This document shows, one piece after another, positions 56,534 to 64,000 of a stretch of 64,000 nt of DNA. Position numbers and translations under genes: made by a program. The notes beneath the pieces were generated by a model. The model ran no database searches and was not told the origin of the DNA. It worked only from the letters and a program-made list of their open reading frames with translations. The first letter of the stretch is position 1; each line of letters starts with the position of its first letter. Source of the DNA: Gemmatimonadaceae bacterium (GTDB lineage: Bacteria > Gemmatimonadota > Gemmatimonadetes > Gemmatimonadales > Gemmatimonadaceae); contig JBBDYC010000008.1 of the NCBI GenBank assembly GCA_040901985.1, positions 48,490-112,489 of the forward strand, in the 5' to 3' direction.

Positions 56534-57850
56534 ATGTGGCTCTACCGGGCGATGCCGATCCTCTCCGAGATCGCGGTGCGCGCGTACTACCGCGTGACCG
56601 TGGCCGGCGCGCGCGTCCCGGCGCACGGGCCGGTGCTGATCGTCGCCAACCACAACAACTCGCTGGTGGACCCGGCGCTCGTCGCCGCAACCGCGGGGCG
56701 CGACGTGCGCTTTCTCGCCAAGGCACCGCTCTTCACGCACCCGCTGATCGGCTGGGTGGTCCGGGGCGTGGGGTCGGTGCCGGTCTATCGACAGATTGAC
56801 GACCCCACGAAGGTTGCCCAAAATCTCGACTCGTTCCGGGACGTCCACCAGGTGCTCGCGGCGGGCGACGTCGTCGGGATCTTCCCCGAGGGGATCAGTC
56901 ATTCGGCGTCGCGGCTGGCACCGCTCAAGACGGGTGCGGCGCGCATCGCGATCGGCGCCGCGGCGAAGCTCGGTCGCGACTTCCCGGTGATCGCGGTCGG
57001 CCTCGTCTTTCGCGACCGCGACCTGTTCCGCTCTGAGGCGCACGTTATCATCGGCGACGCCTTCCCGTGGCACGACCTCGTCGGCGACCTGACCAATCGC
57101 AACGCGGTGCGCGAGCTGACCGAGCGGATCGAGCGTTCGATGCGGCGCGTCTCGGTGAACCTCGAGCAATGGGAGGACGAGCCGCTCGTCCGCACCGCCG
57201 AGGAAGTCTGGCGCGCCGAGTTCGGAGCGGCGGCGGACGCCTCGCCGGCGGCGGAGGTGGACCGGCTGCGGATCACCGCCGACGCGCTCCAGGCGTTGCG
57301 GGAGGGCGGGGCGGAGTCGTGGCGCGAGACGGCAGTCGAACTGCGCGGACACGGCCGCGCACTCCGCGCACTGGGACTCACACCGGCCTCGCTGATCGAG
57401 GATGTCACGGTTGGTGATGCGATCCGCTGGGGTGCGGCGCGGCTTCCACTCCTCCTGGTCCTGCCGGTCTCGGCGCTCGGTGGCATCTTCTTTTGGGTGC
57501 CGAAGGAAGTGACGGCACGGGCCGCGGCGCGGATTGCCGCCAAGGAGGGACCCGACGCGTTGGTCACGCATCGGGTCCTCACCGGAGCGATCGTCTTTCC
57601 CCTCTGGTTCGTCCTGACAAGCATCCCGGTCGCTTGGTGGCGCGGGTGGATGCTGGGCGCGGCGTTCCTCCTCGTCCAGCCGCTCTGGGCCTTTGCCGCG
57701 CTCGCCGTGGGCGAGCGCCGGCAGCGGATCTGGCTCGCCGTGCGCCGCTACTTCCTGCGGCATCGGGTCCGGCAGCGGATCGTCCAGTTGCGCGAGCGGC
57801 AACGCGCCCTCGCCGAGCGGCTCCGTGCGCTCCTCGCCGCGGCAGGGTAA
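56534..57850 (+). CDS. Lysophospholipid/glycerol acyltransferase (PlsC-like)
   Basis: NHNNSLVD, FPEG; C-terminal TMs. Confidence 0.9.
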   Translation: MWLYRAMPILSEIAVRAYYRVTVAGARVPAHGPVLIVANHNNSLVDPALVAATAGRDVRFLAKAPLFTHPLIGWVVRGVGSVPVYRQIDDPTKVAQNLDSFRDVHQVLAAGDVVGIFPEGISHSASRLAPLKTGAARIAIGAAAKLGRDFPVIAVGLVFRDRDLFRSEAHVIIGDAFPWHDLVGDLTNRNAVRELTERIERSMRRVSVNLEQWEDEPLVRTAEEVWRAEFGAAADASPAAEVDRLRITADALQALREGGAESWRETAVELRGHGRALRALGLTPASLIEDVTVGDAIRWGAARLPLLLVLPVSALGGIFFWVPKEVTARAAARIAAKEGPDALVTHRVLTGAIVFPLWFVLTSIPVAWWRGWMLGAAFLLVQPLWAFAALAVGERRQRIWLAVRRYFLRHRVRQRIVQLRERQRALAERLRALLAAAG

Positions 57851-57862
57851 ACTTCAGCGGCT

Positions 57863-58843
57863 ATGGCATCCAAGCGAACCAAGACCACCTCCACGCGCGG
57901 CGCGCCGCGCCCGGCGACGACCAAGCCGGCGCGCACGGCCGGCGGCAAGCCGGTCGATCCGGCGCAGATGGACGCGGCGGCGCAGGAATCGGTCGCGGCG
58001 CTGAAGGAGCGGATTGACGAAGGCCGCCGCGCTTCCGGCCATTTCGCGGCGCTCCCAGATGAGCATTTTCAGCGCCGCGCGCACGACGACTTGATCGGCG
58101 ACTTCTCGTGGGCGCTCACCGAGGACGCCAAGCTCCTCGAGTACGGCGGCCCGCGGGCGGACTTCCGGAGCACCGATCCCTGGCGCGTGATGCGGATCAC
58201 GTCGGAGTTCATCGAGGGGTTCGACAAGCTGGCGCAGATCGAAAAAGGCGTGAGCATCTTCGGGTCGGCGCGTACGCATCCCGACGACCCGCAGTACATC
58301 GCCGCCGTCGAGACGGCGCGCCTCCTCGGCCGCCAGGGCTTCAGCATCATCACCGGCGCCGGCCCCGGGATCATGGAGGCGGCCAACAAGGGCGCGCGGC
58401 TCGCCGAGGCGCCGTCCATCGGCTGCAACATCCAGCTCCCGTTCGAGCAGGGTGCCAACCCGTTCGTGGACACCCTCGTCTCGTTCCGCTACTTCGCGGT
58501 GCGCAAGACGATGTTCATCAAGTACTCCAGCGCATTCATCATCTTCCCCGGCGGGTTCGGCACCTTCGACGAGCTCTTCGAGGCGCTGACGCTGATCCAG
58601 ACCGGCAAGATCTCGCAGTTCCCGGTGGTGCTCTTCGGCACGCACTACTGGGCGGGGCTGGTCCGCTGGCTCACGTCGCGCGTGCTCGCCGAGCGGAAGA
58701 TCGCGCCGGGCGATATGGACCTGATGGTGGTGACCGACGACCCCGCCGAGGCGGCGCGCGTCGTCTCCGAGGCCTATGAACTGCAGCTCAAGACGGCCCG
58801 CAAGCGGGCGGAGGCGGTGACGCGTGTCGCGAGGGACGTCTGA
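57863..58843 (+). CDS. LOG family (TIGR00730) protein
   Basis: [23 protein letters not shown]. Confidence 0.92.
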   Translation: MASKRTKTTSTRGAPRPATTKPARTAGGKPVDPAQMDAAAQESVAALKERIDEGRRASGHFAALPDEHFQRRAHDDLIGDFSWALTEDAKLLEYGGPRADFRSTDPWRVMRITSEFIEGFDKLAQIEKGVSIFGSARTHPDDPQYIAAVETARLLGRQGFSIITGAGPGIMEAANKGARLAEAPSIGCNIQLPFEQGANPFVDTLVSFRYFAVRKTMFIKYSSAFIIFPGGFGTFDELFEALTLIQTGKISQFPVVLFGTHYWAGLVRWLTSRVLAERKIAPGDMDLMVVTDDPAEAARVVSEAYELQLKTARKRAEAVTRVARDV

Positions 58844-58844
58844 C

Positions 58845-60053
58845 GTGAAACGTCGCGTGCGTGGAGGGTTCAAGGCTTCGCGGGCCACGCCGGCCGGGAA
58901 CAAGGCGGCGCAGAAGCGGCAGGCCGAGCGGCGCGAGGCCGCCAGCCCCAAGGTCGGCACCAAGGCGCAGAGCTCCTTTCTCCGCGGCAAGCGGATCAAC
59001 CCGCGCAAGCTCGACGGCACCGAGAGCGTGGTCGAGCTCGTCGAGGGCACCTTCCAGAGCTACAACTCCGGGCGACTGCGCGAGGCCTGCGCGCTCTTCA
59101 ACGAACTGATGCTCGAGAAGGACGTCACTGTCGGGATGACGCTCACCGGCGCGCTGACGCCGGCCGGGCTCGGGATGAGCACGATCATCCCGCTGATGGA
59201 GGCGGGGTTCGTGGACTGGATCATCTCCACCGGGGCGAATCTCTACCACGACACGCACTTCGGGCTCGGCCTCTCGATGCACCGCGGGAATCCGCAGGCA
59301 TCGGACACCGTGTTGCGCGAGGAGGGCGTGGTCCGCATCTACGACGTCTTCTTCGACTATGACGTCCTGCTGAGCACCGACGCGTTTTTCCGGAAGATCA
59401 TCCGGGCCCCGGAATTCCAGCGGACGATGTCGAGCGCCGAGTTCCATCATCTCTGCGGCAAGTACCTGGTGGAGCGCGAGAAGGCGCTGGGGATGCCGCA
59501 GAAGTCGCTCCTCGCGGCGGCGTACCGCTGCGGCGTGCCGATCTACACCTCGTCGCCCGGCGACTCGAGCATCGGGATGAACATCGCCGCGCTCGCGCTC
59601 GAGGGCGGCAGCTGCATCCTCGACCCCAACCAGGACGTGAACGAGACGGCGGCGATCGTGCTGCACGCCAAGCGACGGGGCGGGAAGAGCGCGGTGCTGA
59701 TCGCCGGCGGCGGGAGCCCCAAGAACTTTGCGCTCCAGACCGAGCCGCAGATCCAGGAGGTGCTCGGCATTGATGAGAAGGGGCACGACTTCTTCCTGCA
59801 GGTCACCGACGCGCGGCCGGACACCGGCGGCCTCAGCGGCGCGACGCCGGCCGAGGCGGTGAGCTGGGGGAAGATTGACCCCGACCGGTTGCCGGATGCG
59901 GTGGTCTGCTACCTCGACGCGACGATCGCGCTGCCGATCCTGACGAGCTACGCGCTTGCCAAGCGGAAACCGCGGCGGCTCCGGCGGCTCTACGACAAGC
60001 GCAAGGCGATGATGGCGACGCTGCGGCGAGAGTTTGCGAAGGCGAACGGGTAA
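58845..60053 (+). CDS. Deoxyhypusine synthase-like (homospermidine biosynthesis) protein
   Basis: [40 protein letters not shown]. Confidence 0.9.
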   Translation: MKRRVRGGFKASRATPAGNKAAQKRQAERREAASPKVGTKAQSSFLRGKRINPRKLDGTESVVELVEGTFQSYNSGRLREACALFNELMLEKDVTVGMTLTGALTPAGLGMSTIIPLMEAGFVDWIISTGANLYHDTHFGLGLSMHRGNPQASDTVLREEGVVRIYDVFFDYDVLLSTDAFFRKIIRAPEFQRTMSSAEFHHLCGKYLVEREKALGMPQKSLLAAAYRCGVPIYTSSPGDSSIGMNIAALALEGGSCILDPNQDVNETAAIVLHAKRRGGKSAVLIAGGGSPKNFALQTEPQIQEVLGIDEKGHDFFLQVTDARPDTGGLSGATPAEAVSWGKIDPDRLPDAVVCYLDATIALPILTSYALAKRKPRRLRRLYDKRKAMMATLRREFAKANG

Positions 60054-60099
60054 GCGAAGCGCGGCCTTCGCCTGCGGACGGTGCGCGACCACGTGGAGA

Positions 60100-61509
60100 T
60101 TATCGAGAGGGAAACTTCCGGCTCCAGGCGTCGAACTCGCTTGGGAGCAAGCCGTAGCGTGTAGCTGATGCGTCGTTGAGGTTCCGGAGCGTCGTTGCCG
60201 TGAGTTCGGCAAATACAGGAACGTCTGGTTCGTCAATGCCGTGCTCCCGCGCCCAAGACTCAACATTGACCGCGGTCGGTGCTAGGCTCTTGCGCACGGT
60301 GTCCGCGATGGCGTGGCGCATCTCGGCGCGATAGCGGAGCTGCAGCGGGTGCGGCGGTGTTGCGGCCTCGCGCGCCACGCTGTAGAGCTGTGCGGAACGC
60401 TCGTACGCGTAGATGTACAGGTCCCGCATCGGCTCGACCCGCGACAGCTCGTAGACCGCGAGTGTGGCGTGAACGTATTCGTCCTCGGCGACGTCAACGA
60501 ACGTGAGAGGGCAGAGATTGGCGTCAATGAGCGGAATGTTCGCGGTCAGGCGAGCGGTACGCTTGTTCACGTCCGCGAAGGGCTGGAGGTAGGGCAGGTG
60601 GACAAGCAGGAAGAATGAGCGCTCGAACGGGTCGGCAATCGCGTTGGCGACGTTGACGATGCGCTCGAAGCACTCGGCAATGAGATGCGGATCCTCGGTG
60701 GGGACGTACGTCGTGCCGGTGATGCTCACCGGACGCTGGCGCAATCGCCCTTCGTCGCGTGCGTCTGCGAGCAGCCCTTCAGAAAGGGCTCCGTGCAGCG
60801 AGCGAATTGTGTGTGCGGTGATTCCCGCTTCCGCCCGCCCGTCCACGAGGTATTCGATTGCAGCCTTGTGGTTGAGGATCATCTGTGCCTCAGTCGCGTC
60901 CTTGCCTTCCGCACGTTGGCCGAACTCAATGAGCTTCTGCGTGTCGATGCGCGAGTAGGTATTCCCCTCGAGGCGGCTTGAGGCCCAGGACAGGTCAATG
61001 AGCAAGCGCGATAGGATTTCACGGGCAAAGGTCCCGGCCGGCCGCTCTTCCGGAGTCCGACCGAGTTGCAGTAGATGCGCGCGCGCGCTCCGGGGGAGGT
61101 ACGCGGATCCTTCCACGTTTGGAGCATAGTTCTCGAGCCACGCGCGGTTATATCCAACGTATTTGCGAACGCCGCGCGGTTGCCGGATCCGGGCGATTGC
61201 CTCCGCTCCCTCTTGGCTCAGCCAGTGCGGGGTTTTTGGATCCGGTTTAGGGGTCGGCCCTGACTCGCTTGGACGCGGGAGATCGGGACCCGGCAGATAT
61301 TTCGTGCCGCGTCCTCGACCTTCGGTGAGCACGCTGGTGGGCGGTGCTTTCTTCAGTCGGTAGTTCACCGCGTACGGTTCGAGCGCGATGCCGTGCGAGG
61401 TTCTGAGTCGATCGGCGAGTTCCCCTGCCGAGAGTCCAGCGGGGTGCTGTGCAATGATGCCAAGAAGAAAGTCGAGCTCTTGGCGGATGTTCTTTCTTGT
61501 CCCGGTCAC
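60100..61509 (-). CDS. Fic family protein with non-canonical motif and N-terminal wHTH
   Basis: SSRLEGN; QPFADVNKRTAR instead of HPFxDGNGR. Confidence 0.88.
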   Translation of the reverse strand: MTGTRKNIRQELDFLLGIIAQHPAGLSAGELADRLRTSHGIALEPYAVNYRLKKAPPTSVLTEGRGRGTKYLPGPDLPRPSESGPTPKPDPKTPHWLSQEGAEAIARIRQPRGVRKYVGYNRAWLENYAPNVEGSAYLPRSARAHLLQLGRTPEERPAGTFAREILSRLLIDLSWASSRLEGNTYSRIDTQKLIEFGQRAEGKDATEAQMILNHKAAIEYLVDGRAEAGITAHTIRSLHGALSEGLLADARDEGRLRQRPVSITGTTYVPTEDPHLIAECFERIVNVANAIADPFERSFFLLVHLPYLQPFADVNKRTARLTANIPLIDANLCPLTFVDVAEDEYVHATLAVYELSRVEPMRDLYIYAYERSAQLYSVAREAATPPHPLQLRYRAEMRHAIADTVRKSLAPTAVNVESWAREHGIDEPDVPVFAELTATTLRNLNDASATRYGLLPSEFDAWSRKFPSR

Positions 61510-61927
61510 ATAAACTCCGACAAAGTTATCGATATTTACCGATATTTTGTCGATATGTCAAGATTATCGATAAACAATCTGGCCACTGGCTGGCAGAGAA
61601 CCGGGATTGCAGGGTCAAGGTAAGCGGTAGAGAAGAAGCCCTCGGCGCGATGGTATGCGACGACGAGAACCCGATGCCGACGAGGCCAAGCCGACTGGAC
61701 TGACCGGCAATGCGCTCGGCGACCGCAGAGCTAACGGCACACACGCATACCGAGCGCATTGCCCCTATGATCTCAATCGGGCGGTGGACGAAATCGCACG
61801 CGCGTTCCTGGCGGGTAGGATTTCGCACGCTTCCGAGCGGCGGGGTCCACTTCAATACTCCCTGCCGCTTCCAAGGATTTCAGTGCCGAATTGAGGTGGC
61901 CGCTGTGGAAGTCGGTCTGGTCAGCAG

Positions 61928-62700
61928 GTGAGTGCGATGACGGCCACGCTTGATGCGAGTCTCGCCGCGTGGCGGGCGCGCCCGCTCAGCGGCTCGTATC
62001 GTTATCTCCTCTTCGATGCGCGCGTCATCCGCGTCTTCCCGAATGAGGCGAGTCTCGTGCGCCTCACGAGTGCGCTCGCCACGTGGGCCGCGAAGAAGCG
62101 ACGCTGGGGTGTGCCGCGGCTCACGAACAAGATGCGCCGGCTCGGGTTTTGCGCGAATCCGAAGCGGATTGCCCGGATGTGTCGCGAGGGGCGGCTGTTG
62201 CTCAAGCGCCGGAAGGGCCGGAAGCGGGTGGCCGTGGTACGCGTGCCGCACCTCGTGCCCACCGGTCCCAATCAGCGCTGGAGCATGGACTTCGTGCACG
62301 TTCGGCTGGCCGATGGACGCCCGTTCCGCGTGCTGACGATGCTCGACGAGGGGACCAGTGAGTCGCCCGCCTTGGACGTTGGCCGCAGTCTCACCGCGCG
62401 CCCAACCGTCCGCGTGGCATGCGACGGCAGGCCGAGCCCGCCACCATCAATGCGCTACCCGCAATCGTCCCGGCGCCGAGGCTGGCGCCCACCGAGGCCA
62501 GCCGCCGGTGGGCGGCGCTCCTGCAACAGGTCTTCGAGGTCGACCCGCTCGCCTGCCCGGCGTGCCACGGCACGATGCGGATTGTCGCGTGCATCACCCA
62601 AGCCTCGGTAATCGACCGGATCCTCACGCACCTTCGCGCCCGCGCCGCGACCGCGGCACACGCCGGCGCGCGGAGTCCCCCCTCGACCCGGGCTCCGACG
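61928..62700 (+). mobile_element. Chimera of IS remnants (IS256 + IS3 + IS91-like transposase fragments)
   Basis: WRARPL...YLLFDAR/RVFPNEASL (IS256); PNQRWSMDF (IS3); WAALLQQVFEVDPLACPACHGTMRI (IS91-like). Confidence 0.75.
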
Positions 62701-62742
62701 GCGCCGGGCGCCCGCCAGCCCTCGCGTGGTCGGCGGTCGCGC

Positions 62743-63447
62743 CTAGCGTGCCTCGACCCTGAAGGTGAGTGGGAACTCGACGAGTTGGCGGACCGGCTTC
62801 GTGCCGATGCGCGCCGGACGGAACCGCATCCGCGGCAACGCCGAGCGGACCGCCTCGCTGAACGCCGCGTGCGTACTCTCAATGACGACAACCGTCGCGG
62901 GCTCCACGCGACCGTTGGTCCCGACGACGAACCGCACGCGCGCCACGCCTTCGACCCGCTGACGGCGCAACGCGTCCGGGTAGCGCGGGAGCGGTGAGCT
63001 CGGCAGCAGCGCCGCAGGGACGTCCACTTCGCTCGCGCCGAGCGCACCGTCCAGCGGCGTCCCGGCCGGGAAGAACTCGCCGGTGCCTGGCTCGCCGGTC
63101 GGCTCGCCAGCAGAGATCACCGGCGCCGACGTGACGGGCTCTGAGGCCGGCGCCGGGATCGTGGACGGAACCTCGCTCACGACCGGCAGCGTCGGCTGCG
63201 GCGCAGTCGTGGGCTCGACCGTCGGCTGAGTCGGCTTGGGCGCGACCGGCGCCGGGGGCGCTGGACGCGGCTGCGAGAACGGCGCGAGCGGAACCACCCG
63301 CGTCGGCATCGGGTCCGCGATACCCATACGCTCCGCGGTGGCGACGATCGCCAACGTCAGCACGAGTCCGTGCAACGTCAGACTGAGGGCGGTCCCCGGT
63401 GCGCTTCGATCGGGCACGGGCCGCGACGCAATGAGCATCCTGAACAT
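62743..63447 (-). CDS. tonB: TonB-family energy transducer
   Basis: N-terminal TM with SxxxH, Pro-rich linker, PRYP...EGVARVRFVV...FRPA. Confidence 0.88.
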   Translation of the reverse strand: MFRMLIASRPVPDRSAPGTALSLTLHGLVLTLAIVATAERMGIADPMPTRVVPLAPFSQPRPAPPAPVAPKPTQPTVEPTTAPQPTLPVVSEVPSTIPAPASEPVTSAPVISAGEPTGEPGTGEFFPAGTPLDGALGASEVDVPAALLPSSPLPRYPDALRRQRVEGVARVRFVVGTNGRVEPATVVVIESTHAAFSEAVRSALPRMRFRPARIGTKPVRQLVEFPLTFRVEAR

Positions 63448-63574
63448 CGCTCCTCCGGGTCGGTGATGCCTCCTATTTCACCATACCCGTGTTCCATTGC
63501 TGCAGTGTCGCGCGAAGATTACGTCGGGATGAATGTCGGGTGACGCTTTGTCTGCCTCCGGAACGTGCGCTCGG

Positions 63575-64000
63575 TCACACGAGCATCCCCGCCAACGACG
63601 CCGACATAAAGGCCGCCAGATTCCCCGCAATCATTGCCCGCAGGCCGAGCCCGGCGATCTCGCTCTTTCGTTCCGGCGCCAGGCCGCCGATGCCGCCAAT
63701 CTGGATGGCGATGGACGAGAAGTTCGCGAAGCCGAGCAGCGCGTAGGTGAGGATGATTGCCGAGCGCGGGTCGAGCACCTGGCCGGCGGCGAGGTCGGCA
63801 CCGAACTGCGCATAGGCGACGAACTCGTTGAGCGACGCCTTGATGCCGATCAGGCTGCCGACGTAGGCGGTGTCGGCCCACGGCACGCCCATCACCCAGG
63901 CGAGCGGCCTCAGGAAGAAGCCGAGGATTCCCTGCAGGCTGAGGTCGGGGTAGCCAACGAACCCACCGGTCCAGCCAAGCAGGAAGTTGAGTAGCGCGAC
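63575..64000 (-). CDS. nupC: NupC/CNT nucleoside transporter (C-terminal part, truncated by window)
   Basis: NEFVAY, YALLGFANFSSIAIQIGG. Confidence 0.9.
   Translation of the reverse strand, partial: VALLNFLLGWTGGFVGYPDLSLQGILGFFLRPLAWVMGVPWADTAYVGSLIGIKASLNEFVAYAQFGADLAAGQVLDPRSAIILTYALLGFANFSSIAIQIGGIGGLAPERKSEIAGLGLRAMIAGNLAAFMSASLAGMLV

Noticed and set aside
56261..57802. N-terminal 514 aa of the 1480-aa ORF
   Set aside because: Antisense shadow of the acyltransferase gene; the real frame begins at queG (56260)
27000..60300. Many long alternative-frame ORFs (e.g. 28113-29564, 47449-48957, 58788-60266)
   Set aside because: Typical high-GC antisense or frameshifted shadows of well-supported genes

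Overview
High-GC bacterial chromosome segment; the housekeeping gene style is compatible with a Gemmatimonadota-like diderm, but that assignment is only an inference. It has three parts. (1) About 0.5-13 kb is a toxin-antitoxin/defence island: two nucleotidyltransferase modules, two Fic proteins, an AAA+/DUF4143 ATPase, a NYN RNase pseudogene behind a promoter + small structured RNA + terminator leader, hipBA, and a C-protein-regulated type II R-M system with an AccI-like endonuclease. (2) About 13-26 kb is an integron gene-cassette array on the minus strand. It has at least nine attC or attC-like sites and no integrase in the window (CALIN-like). It begins at the stop codon of sufS and carries HEPN-like, HNH and PD-(D/E)XK nucleases, orphan proteins, an uncharacterised helical protein + Hsp70-like ATPase pair, and, further along, an AIPR gene. 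(3) About 26-64 kb is mostly core genes: sufBCDU-Rieske-sufS, GGDEF, a xanthine dehydrogenase-family enzyme, rnd, ECF sigma/anti-sigma/PDZ, a QueG-TonB-dependent-receptor in-frame fusion, LOG and a DHS-like gene. It ends with a further Fic gene, a chimera of IS remnants, tonB and a partial nupC. No rRNA, tRNA or CRISPR array was seen. All family assignments come from motif recognition by eye, not database searches.
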